Shown here: piece after piece, positions 1 through 8,411 of the stretch
Position numbering within the stretch: the stretch's first letter is position 1
How the letters are laid out: each line of letters begins with the position of its first letter
Origin: Alphaproteobacteria bacterium
GTDB lineage: Bacteria; Pseudomonadota; Alphaproteobacteria; Rs-D84
DNA: 32,000 bases
Direction of reading: 5' to 3'
Assembly: GCA_017475605.1 (NCBI GenBank)
Contig: JAFVFD010000002.1
Coordinates: 180,001-212,000, forward strand
Position numbers and translations under genes: made by a program
The notes under the pieces: model-generated
Seen by the model: the letters and a program-made list of their open reading frames with translations, nothing else
Told to the model about the DNA's origin: nothing
The model's database searches: none

Positions 1-325
1 CTGAAATTGCCCGTTTCAAAACCATTTCACGCACAGCCGGTGTTATAAACGCACCCTCGCCCGTAGAAATTACTTTACACGCAGGTGGCGTATCCAGTAA
101 CCGTTCCATAACGCGAAGTTCTACGCGACGAAATTCTGCCTCGCCATAAATGGAAAAAATATCAACGACACTGCACCCGGCGGCCGCTTCTATTTCTTTG
201 TCTGAATCAACGAACGGAATTTTAAGTCGACGAGCCAACGCGCGACCAATACTGGTCTTGCCCGCCCCCATCAGCCCGACCATTACAATCGGACGATCTG
301 ATAAAGATAATGTTTCCTTATCCAT
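1..325 (-). CDS. aroK: shikimate kinase (5' part; gene runs off the left edge)
   Basis: Absent from the ORF track because there is no stop in the window. Reverse-strand ATG at 325-323. Hand translation MDKETLSLSDRPIVMVGLMGAGKTSIGRALARRLKIPFVDSDKEIEAAAG... has the GxxGxGK(T/S) P-loop followed by F.DSD, as in AroK. Confidence 0.85.
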   Translation of the reverse strand, partial: MDKETLSLSDRPIVMVGLMGAGKTSIGRALARRLKIPFVDSDKEIEAAAGCSVVDIFSIYGEAEFRRVELRVMERLLDTPPACKVISTGEGAFITPAVREMVLKRAIS

Positions 326-404
326 GCTGAAAACTATGATAATGAAAAAAACAAAATTGAACAATAAAAATTTATATTTTTCTTTTGTAATGCGTTTTTA
401 TCGT

Positions 405-433
405 TTTAAAACACCCCTTAAATATGATATAAT
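405..433 (+). promoter_or_regulatory. sigma70-type promoter TTTAAA-N17-TATAAT with extended -10 (TGaTATAAT)
   Basis: tttaaa at 405-410 and tgatataat at 425-433, about 27 nt upstream of the ATG at 461. The same architecture recurs at 16600-16628. Confidence 0.45.
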
Positions 434-460
434 AAAAACATAAAAAAGAGAGAGATTCAC

Positions 461-1621
461 ATGAAACATATATCATTGTTATCTGTATTTGTCGCCGCGG
501 CGGGCGTGGCAACATCGGCACACACCGCGCCAATGGGTGCATACGCAAACGGTATCGCAACACACAATATCGCGGTTATTCAACATTCTATTATGATGAC
601 AACTTTTAATCCGTTGGATATTGCGCCGGCCGGCACCCCATCGACACAATGTGCGGGTCATTTTGTTCGCCATACACATGACGAAAAAACGGCTGAAAAC
701 GACAAGACGGTTGTGGATCCATCGCTGTACGGGAAAATGCCAATTTATGGCGAAATGAAATACTATGGCGAATATGGCGACGATGGTTCGTTAAAACGCA
801 AATCTGGGCGCAGCGGTGGCGACGAAGAAGAATCAGCACCCGCGGAAACGGAACGTCGTTTTGTTGGCAACCTTACTGTTGGATGGCAACATTTTGATGA
901 CCAGGTGGAATTTGACAACGTGGCAAAAACAGATTCTAAATACGATTTAATTTCATTGAACCTGGTTGGTGGTCGCAATCAATTAAGCGGCGGTGTATCT
1001 GAATGGGGACTTTTTGGTGGTTTCATCAATTCTGACGAAGAAGCAGATTCGTTAACCACGGCCGAAAACGGCGGGTACATCGGTTTATACAAGGGGTATT
1101 CGTTACATGGTGTTGGTTTATCAATGGGTGTCAATGGCGGTATATTACGTAACAAGGGCGAAATGCCCGCCGGCACTGATAAATTCAACAACAAATGGTT
1201 GGGTGCCGCGTTGAACATAACATACAACATCGCGCTGACGGATTCATTTTCGCTTCAACCCGGTGCTTATGCTGGATATACATGGATAAAGTCTGCAAAT
1301 TACACATCCGTAACCGGCGATAAAATTGAAAACGATAACCTTAAAATGTTTGAAATGTCCTATGCCCTGCGCGCGATTACGCATATTGGTAATAATTGGT
1401 ACGGTATATTGTCCGGTCGTTATGTTATGAATATGGCGAACGATGCGAACATCACCGTCGCAGGTGCCGCACTGCCGGAATTGGAACTGGATAATTATTG
1501 GGAATACGGCATTATGATTGAAAAGAATATAGACCGATTCAACATTGGGGTTTCAATCAATCGTCGCGATGGCGCACGCACCGGTTGGAACGGCGGTGTC
1601 ATATTGAAATATATATTCTAA
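461..1621 (+). CDS. autotransporter-type outer-membrane beta-barrel protein with a very short passenger
   Basis: Signal peptide MKHISLLSVFVAAAGVATSAHTA. The C-terminal ~270 aa are rich in G/Y/N with an alternating strand pattern and end ...GWNGGVILKYIF (terminal aromatic residue typical of OMPs). Confidence 0.7.
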   Translation: MKHISLLSVFVAAAGVATSAHTAPMGAYANGIATHNIAVIQHSIMMTTFNPLDIAPAGTPSTQCAGHFVRHTHDEKTAENDKTVVDPSLYGKMPIYGEMKYYGEYGDDGSLKRKSGRSGGDEEESAPAETERRFVGNLTVGWQHFDDQVEFDNVAKTDSKYDLISLNLVGGRNQLSGGVSEWGLFGGFINSDEEADSLTTAENGGYIGLYKGYSLHGVGLSMGVNGGILRNKGEMPAGTDKFNNKWLGAALNITYNIALTDSFSLQPGAYAGYTWIKSANYTSVTGDKIENDNLKMFEMSYALRAITHIGNNWYGILSGRYVMNMANDANITVAGAALPELELDNYWEYGIMIEKNIDRFNIGVSINRRDGARTGWNGGVILKYIF

Positions 1622-1627
1622 ACGAAA

Positions 1628-1662
1628 TAAAAAACACCGCCCAATTGGGCGGTGTTTTTTTG
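1628..1662. terminator. bidirectional rho-independent terminator
   Basis: Stem acaccgccc (1634-1642), loop aatt, stem gggcggtgt (1647-1655), flanked by an A-run and a T-run. Sits between the convergent OMP gene and prfA. Confidence 0.85.
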
Positions 1663-1674
1663 TTTCTTTTTTTA

Positions 1675-2739
1675 TTATTCCAAATTCGCCAATTGTTCCA
1701 ATTGGTCTGCGGCTATTAATGCATCTATCATTTCGTCTAATGCCGCCCCACCCGCCAAAATATCATCCAATTTATACAATGTTAATTTGATACGATGGTC
1801 GGTTACGCGCTGTTCCGGGAAATTATAGGTGCGAATTTTTTCACTTCTGTCGCCAGAACCAACCATAGAACGACGCGATGCGTTTGATGCGTTCATTTGT
1901 TCCATACGCTGCTTTTCATAAAGTTTTGAACGCAGAACCGCCATGGCCGTTGCCTTGTTCTGAAACTGCGAACGTTCGTTTTGGCATGTAACAACTATAC
2001 CCGATGGAAAGTGCGTAATACGAATAGCGGAATCGGTTTTATTAACATGCTGGCCACCCGCACCGGACGCACGATAAACATCGATACGAATATCTTTATC
2101 CTCGATAACAACGTCGATATCTTTTGCTTCGGGCATAACGGCAACCGATGCTGCAGATGTATGAATACGGCCACCAGCCTCGGTTTCAGGTACGCGCTGG
2201 ACACGATGAATCCCCGATTCAAACTTCATACGCGCATAGGCACCAACACCATCAATTTTGAACACAACTTCCTTGTAACCATGTAACGATGTCGGATTTT
2301 CTTCAATGATTTCAACCTTCCACCCCTGGCGCAACGCATACGATTTATACTGATTAAACAAATCACCCGCAAACAACGCAGATTCTTCGCCACCAACACC
2401 CGCACGAATTTCCATAATCACACTGTTATCATCCGCCGCATCGCGTGGCAATAACGCGATTTGTAATTTTTTCTCGATTTCCGGCAAAGCATGATTTAAT
2501 TCGACCAACTGTTCCGCCGCAATCGCATGCAGGTCTGGGTCATGTTCCATCTCTTGTGCATCGGCAATACCCCGGACCGTTTGGAAATATTCATTTATCA
2601 ACGGCAATATTTCATTAAGACGCGAATACTCTTTGGATACTTTCGTCAATTCATCACCCGAAAGTGTTCCGCTGTTCATTTGCGCTTCAATCTCTGCCGC
2701 ACGCGTTTGAATGTCTTTTAATTTCTGTTCAACTATCAT
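1675..2739 (-). CDS. prfA: peptide chain release factor 1
   Basis: GGQ motif (SGAGGQHVNKTDSAIRITH) and the RF1-type P-x-T tripeptide in RVQRVPETEAGGRIHTS. 354 aa. Confidence 0.95.
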   Translation of the reverse strand: MIVEQKLKDIQTRAAEIEAQMNSGTLSGDELTKVSKEYSRLNEILPLINEYFQTVRGIADAQEMEHDPDLHAIAAEQLVELNHALPEIEKKLQIALLPRDAADDNSVIMEIRAGVGGEESALFAGDLFNQYKSYALRQGWKVEIIEENPTSLHGYKEVVFKIDGVGAYARMKFESGIHRVQRVPETEAGGRIHTSAASVAVMPEAKDIDVVIEDKDIRIDVYRASGAGGQHVNKTDSAIRITHFPSGIVVTCQNERSQFQNKATAMAVLRSKLYEKQRMEQMNASNASRRSMVGSGDRSEKIRTYNFPEQRVTDHRIKLTLYKLDDILAGGAALDEMIDALIAADQLEQLANLE

Positions 2740-2743
2740 TTTA

Positions 2744-4045
2744 TTATGCCGTTTTTAGTAATTTTACCGCATCCGCAACCGTTAATTTTTGCTGTTCACC
2801 GGTCGCCATATTTTTGACGGTTAAAAGTTTTGATTTTACTTCATCTTCGCCGATTATTATACTGAATTTTGCCATAATTTTGTCGGCATATTCAATTTGG
2901 TTTTTGAACTTCTTTTCGGCATCTAAATACGCAACTGTGGTAATATTTTCATCGCGCAAAGTGTTCACAACCGATGCAGCAAACGGTACCGACGAATCCC
3001 CCATTGGTAACACCGCCGCCACAATTGGATTTTCAAATTGCGACAAATCAATTTTGCCTGCATCCATCAATGCGACAAATATACGCGAAAAGCCTATTGC
3101 CGCCCCTGTTCCAACAATTTTTGTCTTGGAAAACTTAGATGCCAGGTTTTCATATCGTCCACCCCCAGCCGCCGTTCCAAATTCTGGATACGATAACAAT
3201 TTGAATTCAAAAACAATACCGGTGTAATATGCCAAACCACGTGTTATCGACAGGTCAATTTCGGCATTTTTTACCCCCATTTGTTTCAATAATTCCATGA
3301 ATTCTTTTAATTCGCGAATTGCCGCATCCAAGTTGCTATTCTTGTTCATAAAATTATCACAACCCTTTGTAAACACAGACTTTATTTCATTTTCCAATTT
3401 TTCGTCTTTAAGGGTTTCATTCAGCCAATTTGCGAATTCTTGGTCGCCAATTTTATCGCGTTTGTCGATTAAAATGAACACTTGCTTTTTCTGTTCTGCA
3501 TTTAACCCCAAATAATCAAAAAGCGCATCCCAAAACGGTCGCGAACCAATACGAACACAATTTTCACCAATGAAGTTTGATACAGAATTCAACGCGCGTT
3601 GAATTACAGAAATAATTTCCGCATCATAATTGATGGACATTTTTTCAATTCCCATAATGTCCATATCCATTTGGTAAAATTCGCGATAGCGACCACGTTG
3701 TGCACGTTCACCACGATAACGCTTGGAAAACTGGCTGGCGCGGAAAGGAAATGTCAAATCGTTCAGGTGGCCCGCCACATAGCGCGACAGCCCCACCGTC
3801 CCATCATAGCGCAAACCCATTTTTGTATCGCCCTTTTGGAACAAAAACATTTGGGTTTCAATTTCGTCCCAGTTATCCTTGTCCGTTAAAACCTCGGCAC
3901 GTTCTATTGCCGGCAAATCAAGGTATGAAAAGCCCGCCACGCGCAAAACATCCAGCATGCGCGCCGCGCAACAATCAAAGCACCGCTGTTGCAACGGTGT
4001 TAATTCTATAAATCCCGATAAAGGTTTTGTTGGTTTTAATTCCAT
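2744..4045 (-). CDS. hisS: histidine--tRNA ligase
   Basis: Class II HisRS motifs: GLRYDGTVGLSRYVA, RGRYREFYQ, GGGRYENL. A C-terminal anticodon-binding domain is present (AAVLPMGD...IIIGEDEV...VKNM), which argues against HisZ. Only a 4-nt gap to prfA. Confidence 0.9.
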   Translation of the reverse strand: MELKPTKPLSGFIELTPLQQRCFDCCAARMLDVLRVAGFSYLDLPAIERAEVLTDKDNWDEIETQMFLFQKGDTKMGLRYDGTVGLSRYVAGHLNDLTFPFRASQFSKRYRGERAQRGRYREFYQMDMDIMGIEKMSINYDAEIISVIQRALNSVSNFIGENCVRIGSRPFWDALFDYLGLNAEQKKQVFILIDKRDKIGDQEFANWLNETLKDEKLENEIKSVFTKGCDNFMNKNSNLDAAIRELKEFMELLKQMGVKNAEIDLSITRGLAYYTGIVFEFKLLSYPEFGTAAGGGRYENLASKFSKTKIVGTGAAIGFSRIFVALMDAGKIDLSQFENPIVAAVLPMGDSSVPFAASVVNTLRDENITTVAYLDAEKKFKNQIEYADKIMAKFSIIIGEDEVKSKLLTVKNMATGEQQKLTVADAVKLLKTA

Positions 4046-4103
4046 TTTCGTTATTCCCTGTTTTTATTTGTATTTTACGGAAAATCGCATACATATCGTA
4101 CGC

Positions 4104-4112
4104 ATTATATCA
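4104..4112 (-). promoter_or_regulatory. extended -10 element TGATATAAT (candidate hisS-prfA promoter)
   Basis: Plus strand attatatca at 4104-4112 is TGATATAAT on the minus strand, about 58 nt upstream of the hisS ATG (4045). Confidence 0.4.
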
Positions 4113-4232
4113 TAATTTTTATATGAACGCTAGAAACACACACCCGCACGGGCGTGATGCAAAAACGAAAAAGAAATCATATTTTTATTCATAGCCATTT
4201 AATAATAGCCTAAAAATCCCAGATTTCAAGGA

Positions 4233-4940
4233 TTAAAAATATTTATGTAATTCCCCGCCATGTTGATTCAGCCAACGTTTAGCGCGTTCCACCCCAAAAC
4301 CGTACAGTTCGGAAACGGTTGCCCAAAATGCCGGCGAATGATCCATGTGCCGACGGTGCGCCAATTCGTGCATTACGACATAGCGCATTACATCAACGGG
4401 CGCGAACGCCAACCGCCACGACAGCGACATTGTGCCGGTGGTTGAACAACTGCCCCAGCGAGTTGTTGTATCATGCGCAACAACGCGGGTGGGCCACAAT
4501 TCGCGCGGTGCAGTTTTAATCATTTCGCGCGCGGTTTTAAGAAATTCGGTCTTTACGAAATTGCGCACACGACTTTCAAACACGTCATCCCCGCCCCCAA
4601 CAATCAATGTTGCGTGCATATCATCATGAATAATAAACTGATTCGCGCGCCGCGATGCATCGTGGTGTAATGTTACGACCCGCCCAAACAACTCAAATGA
4701 ATCCCCCGGCGCAACAGTATGCTTTTGCGGGGCGCGTGCGAAAATATTTTCAATCCATTTGCGTTTAGATTCAACAAAACGAATTGCCGATTTATCAGAT
4801 GAAATCCATGGTTTTGATATATGTATTTCGTGTCGTGGCGCGGTTTTTGGCCGCAATGTTATATTGCGCACACCACGCCGCGTTGTAATTATAATTGGAA
4901 TCTCTTCGCCGGTTGAAGATACAAAAACATAGTCGGACAT
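4233..4940 (-). CDS. YgjP-like (DUF45 / M48-related) zinc metallopeptidase
   Basis: HExxH motif in VVMHELAHRRHMDHSPAFW near the C-terminus. The size and layout match the YgjP family. The start is 1 nt after the tkt stop. Confidence 0.8.
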   Translation of the reverse strand: MSDYVFVSSTGEEIPIIITTRRGVRNITLRPKTAPRHEIHISKPWISSDKSAIRFVESKRKWIENIFARAPQKHTVAPGDSFELFGRVVTLHHDASRRANQFIIHDDMHATLIVGGGDDVFESRVRNFVKTEFLKTAREMIKTAPRELWPTRVVAHDTTTRWGSCSTTGTMSLSWRLAFAPVDVMRYVVMHELAHRRHMDHSPAFWATVSELYGFGVERAKRWLNQHGGELHKYF

Positions 4941-4941
4941 T

Positions 4942-6726
4942 TTATTTTTTTACCATAGCAATTATTTCGCGGGCTATTTGTCCGGCATCAAACCCCATGG
5001 CTGAATACACCGCCCCACCCGGCCCCGACATTCCAAACCGGGTCAGCCCAATAACACCATCGGCAAATTCAAACCATGGTGTTGTCGATGAAGCCTCTAT
5101 CGCAACGACATGCCCACGCAGCATTTGTTTTTTATATGTATTTGATTGCCCGCGGAAATGGTCAACGGACGGAACACTTACCACCTGGACAGAATCACCC
5201 AACAAATCTGCCACCTTTAATGCCAAGGCAACTTCGGCACCGGTCGCCAAAAGTGTTATTCGCACACGCGCCGATTTTGCCGGCCGAATTATATATGCCC
5301 CGCGCGATATTTCCGCGCCAGCCGGTGTTGGAACCTGTTTAAACTTTTGCCGCGACAAAATTATACACGATGGTCGCGAAACATCCCCCAATGCCGCACG
5401 CCAGGAATACGCAACCTCGGCCATGTTAAAGGGACGAAATACATTTATATTTGGAATCATTCGCAGCGATGCCAACTGTTCAACCGGCTGATGCGTGGGA
5501 CCGTCGGCGCCGACGGCAATACTGTCGTGCGTAAAGACATAGATTACCGGCAACCCCGACATAGCAGCAATACGAATCGCCGGTCGCATATAATCGGAAA
5601 AGACCAGGAACGTTGAACCAAACGGCCGCACCCCCGCCGCCGCCAAACCGTTCATAATTGCGCCCATTGCGTGTTCGCGCACACCATAATCAATATAGTT
5701 TCCATTGAAATTACCAGGCGCAATATGCACCGATTTTTCAACATCAACATTAGTACTGTGCCCCAGGTCCGCGCTGCCCCCAACAATGTTTACCCCCGCC
5801 GACAAAAGTGCGTTTATATACATGCCCGACAATTCACGCGTTGACATATCCGCCGGTGCGTTTGGTGTTTTAACCCGCGACAAATCTGGCGGTGTTATTT
5901 TGGTGTGTTTCCCATGTGGTCTGTTTGCGACACCCGCCCACAGCGCGCGTCCCGATGCGGAATCAAGTTTTTGAATCAAACGTTCTAGTTCGTTCGCCGA
6001 CAATGCCAGCCCATGTGCCGCCGGTGTTCCCGCGACCGATGAATATTCGCCAATTCTTGTTTTACATTGAATAAATGTTGGTCGCGCCAACCGCCGCGAT
6101 TCAGAAATTGCCGCACTTATTTTTTCACCATTCATACCATCCACAGAAACCACATTCCACCCCGCCGCGCGCATACGTGTCGGAATATCCATGTCTGTTA
6201 GTGCGACACCATCAATAGTAATTCCGTTATCGTCCCACAAAAGAACAAGATTATTAACCTTGTACCGACCAGCCAGGGCAATAGCCTCGCTTGAAACACC
6301 TTCGCTTAAATCGCCGTCGCCACAAATACAATAGACACGCGCATCGGTGTTTTTTATTTTTTCCGCCAACGCCAAACCGACCGCGTTGCCAATTCCCTGG
6401 CCCAGTGGACCCGTTGTCGCATCGATGCCATCAATTCCGTATTCGGGATGCCCCGGTAACCCACCTATTTTACGAAAAGATGACAGTGCGCCAATATTAT
6501 ACCCCGCCAATTTCAATGTCGCATACAGCATGGCCGAACCATGGCCCGCCGACAAAACGAATCGGTCAATGCCCGGACGCATAAATCCCGCAAACACCGC
6601 GGTAATAATATCAGCCGCGCCCAATGCGATACCAACATGCCCCGACCCCGCCGACAAAATCGCACGCAAGGCATCGGCGCGCACCGCACCAGCCATATTT
6701 TTCAAATCCATAGCATTATAGACCAT
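4942..6726 (-). CDS. tkt: transketolase
   Basis: SGHVG...SAGHGSAMLY...GGLPGHPE...TGPLGQGI...GDGDLSEGV, followed by pyrimidine-binding and C-terminal domains. 594 aa. Confidence 0.93.
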   Translation of the reverse strand: MVYNAMDLKNMAGAVRADALRAILSAGSGHVGIALGAADIITAVFAGFMRPGIDRFVLSAGHGSAMLYATLKLAGYNIGALSSFRKIGGLPGHPEYGIDGIDATTGPLGQGIGNAVGLALAEKIKNTDARVYCICGDGDLSEGVSSEAIALAGRYKVNNLVLLWDDNGITIDGVALTDMDIPTRMRAAGWNVVSVDGMNGEKISAAISESRRLARPTFIQCKTRIGEYSSVAGTPAAHGLALSANELERLIQKLDSASGRALWAGVANRPHGKHTKITPPDLSRVKTPNAPADMSTRELSGMYINALLSAGVNIVGGSADLGHSTNVDVEKSVHIAPGNFNGNYIDYGVREHAMGAIMNGLAAAGVRPFGSTFLVFSDYMRPAIRIAAMSGLPVIYVFTHDSIAVGADGPTHQPVEQLASLRMIPNINVFRPFNMAEVAYSWRAALGDVSRPSCIILSRQKFKQVPTPAGAEISRGAYIIRPAKSARVRITLLATGAEVALALKVADLLGDSVQVVSVPSVDHFRGQSNTYKKQMLRGHVVAIEASSTTPWFEFADGVIGLTRFGMSGPGGAVYSAMGFDAGQIAREIIAMVKK

Positions 6727-6730
6727 TTTA

Positions 6731-6743
6731 TGATATTATATCA
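6731..6743. promoter_or_regulatory. palindromic back-to-back extended -10 elements (tkt leftward, rnhA rightward)
   Basis: tgatattatatca is a perfect 13-nt palindrome. It reads TGATATTAT on the plus strand (6731-6739) and TGATATAAT on the minus strand (6735-6743). Confidence 0.45.
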
Positions 6744-6762
6744 CAAAAGTGGGGTATATAAA

Positions 6763-7191
6763 ATGCTAAAAATATGGACAGATGGTTCGTGTTTGGGTAA
6801 TCCTGGTCCGGGGGGCTGGGCATTTGTTGCGACCGACGGCGAACATACCGCGGAACGTTGTGGTGGCGAGGCTAACACGACCAACAATCGTATGGAATTA
6901 ATGGCTGTTATTCGGGCACTGTCCGCTGCACACCGACACAGCGCGGTTGAAATACACACCGACAGTCAATATGTCAAAAACGGCATGCAAACATGGATGA
7001 AGAATTGGAAGAAAAACAATTGGCGCACCGCCGATAAAAAGCCGGTAAAAAATCAAGACCTTTGGCAAAAACTGGACGAACTGGCCCAGAACATTGATAT
7101 TCACTGGGTATGGGTGCGCGGCCACAATGGCGAAGAATTTAACGAACGATGCGATGAATTGGCACGCGGTTGCGCAACGGAATTAAAATAA
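6763..7191 (+). CDS. rnhA: ribonuclease HI
   Basis: MLKIWTDGSCLGNPGPGGWAFV...NNRMELMAVIRAL...IHTDSQYV...W..VRGHNGEEFNERCDELAR. The start was moved to the internal ATG at 6763 because the longer ORF overlaps tkt. A GGGG Shine-Dalgarno sequence lies upstream. Confidence 0.93.
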   Translation: MLKIWTDGSCLGNPGPGGWAFVATDGEHTAERCGGEANTTNNRMELMAVIRALSAAHRHSAVEIHTDSQYVKNGMQTWMKNWKKNNWRTADKKPVKNQDLWQKLDELAQNIDIHWVWVRGHNGEEFNERCDELARGCATELK

Positions 7192-7220
7192 AAATATCAC
7201 TTGATGACCACCACGCACAA

Positions 7221-8273
7221 TTACGAGCCATAGTAACAATCTTCATTGACTTCATATATACCCTTGTCATCCTGATATGTCAGACCACTGAACTCCACTG
7301 ATGGTATATAACATTCTGTGATAGACGTTGCCCCCATATACTCTGTGTCTGGATATACTTGTGTCCCCTCAATACTTTGATATTCATAGTCGGGGCACTG
7401 ATTACATGGTGTTCCACGTGGTTTCGAATATGGCTGATAATACCCTTGTTCACAAACATGACACCCCGCGGCAGGATCGGTCGGATCATAATAATTTCCC
7501 GCCGGACAATTGTTTGGTTCACAAGAGTTGCCACTTTTGGTATATCCGCTTTTACAGGTAAATGTATCCGTATGGCCGACATTACTATTACATGTTGCGT
7601 TTGACGGACATGCCTTGCAGACTATTGCTGTTCCGCTGCCACTGTATTTATATGTGTTCGCGGCACAACCATATTGATATGATGTTGACTGTGTATTATC
7701 ACAAAGATTCGTTGTGGTAATACTTCTGCGGACAGATTTGTTTGTACTGTTATATGTTGTCCACGATCCGTAACTGCTGGTTGTATTACATTCTACACAA
7801 AACTTTGCATCTTGATATACAATAGCATCAGCACAATTTTGTCCATCCAACATCCAACCAACTATTGTTTCTGCTGCGCCATATCGATCCGTCCAAGAGT
7901 CTTCATCGTTCTCTTTCAATGTACATAATGTTGACAACGACAATAACCTATCTCCACTATAACATGCCGTACACCCTTGTATAGCATGCAATGCGCCGGC
8001 CCCCATAGAATAGTTTGTTCCCGACCACTCTAATATATAAGTTTCGTATGATGACGAAGGTTGATATGCACTACAGCCTCCATCACCCAAGTCTCTTACC
8101 ACACTATTACACACCTGGGTTGGTGTAGGAGTGCCACCATCATAATAGCCCCCTATTTCTTCTTCACAGTAACTGCCACGAAACACCCGAACACCACCGT
8201 GTGCGCTGTTAAAGGTATAAAACAACCCAATTGTTGCAAGTGAATAATATAACCAAAACTTATTGTTTTTCAT
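7221..8273 (-). CDS. secreted cysteine-rich protein, C-terminal GCC2_GCC3/TNFR-like Cys modules
   Basis: N-terminal signal peptide (MKNNKFWLYYSLATIGLFYTFNSAHG). More than 30 Cys. C-terminal pattern CPAGNYYDPTDPAAGCHVCEQGYYQPYSKPRGTPCNQCPDYEYQS...GATSITECY. Strong AAGGGG Shine-Dalgarno sequence. Confidence 0.65.
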   Translation of the reverse strand: MKNNKFWLYYSLATIGLFYTFNSAHGGVRVFRGSYCEEEIGGYYDGGTPTPTQVCNSVVRDLGDGGCSAYQPSSSYETYILEWSGTNYSMGAGALHAIQGCTACYSGDRLLSLSTLCTLKENDEDSWTDRYGAAETIVGWMLDGQNCADAIVYQDAKFCVECNTTSSYGSWTTYNSTNKSVRRSITTTNLCDNTQSTSYQYGCAANTYKYSGSGTAIVCKACPSNATCNSNVGHTDTFTCKSGYTKSGNSCEPNNCPAGNYYDPTDPAAGCHVCEQGYYQPYSKPRGTPCNQCPDYEYQSIEGTQVYPDTEYMGATSITECYIPSVEFSGLTYQDDKGIYEVNEDCYYGS

Positions 8274-8326
8274 ATTCCCCTTTCCCCCTTTCCATTGGGC
8301 CGCCGGCCCAGTATTTCCGCGGTGGT

Positions 8327-8359
8327 CGAATCAAAACGGTGGTTTAAATTCGGCCACTT
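8327..8359. repeat. 33-bp intergenic repeat, copy 1
   Basis: cgaatcaaaaCGGTGGtttaaattcggccactt. 29/33 identical to copy 2, with the central hexamer inverted. Confidence 0.8.
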
Positions 8360-8368
8360 ATTGTTCCT

Positions 8369-8398
8369 ATTTTATTCGGTTTTCCGGGACTTTGTCAA
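8369..8398 (-). promoter_or_regulatory. candidate promoter TTGACA-N18-TAAAAT for the Cys-rich protein gene
   Basis: On the minus strand, TTGACA is plus 8393-8398 and TAAAAT is plus 8369-8374. The element lies between the two 33-bp repeats. Confidence 0.4.
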
Positions 8399-8411
8399 CA
8401 CCAAAAATAGC

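Noticed and set aside
150-443. 97-aa plus-strand ORF at the left edge
   Set aside because: It lies antisense to a clearly recognisable aroK reading frame (P-loop GLMGAGKT) and has no ribosome-binding site or family resemblance. It is a shadow ORF.
2664-3227. Long antisense ORFs: 2664-3227, 4895-5491, 11360-11854, 14757-15161, 30011-30442, 30677-31150, 31169-31594
   Set aside because: Each lies opposite a strongly supported or better-supported gene, has low-complexity or odd composition, and lacks start signals. They are treated as shadow ORFs.
2744-4045. HisZ (ATP-PRT regulatory subunit) instead of HisRS
   Set aside because: A C-terminal anticodon-binding domain and an intact motif 3 (GGGRYENL) are present. 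HisZ proteins lack the anticodon-binding domain.
4113-4232. Terminator for the YgjP-like gene or an sRNA in the 4.05-4.23 kb spacer
   Set aside because: Only weak hairpins are present (aatcc...ggatt plus T-run; cccg-ca-cggg with too small a loop). The evidence is insufficient for a call.
6541-6762. N-terminal extension of the rnhA ORF (216-aa version)
   Set aside because: The extension overlaps the tkt coding region on the opposite strand and is Arg/His-rich junk. RNase HI homology begins exactly at the internal ATG at 6763, which has a Shine-Dalgarno sequence.
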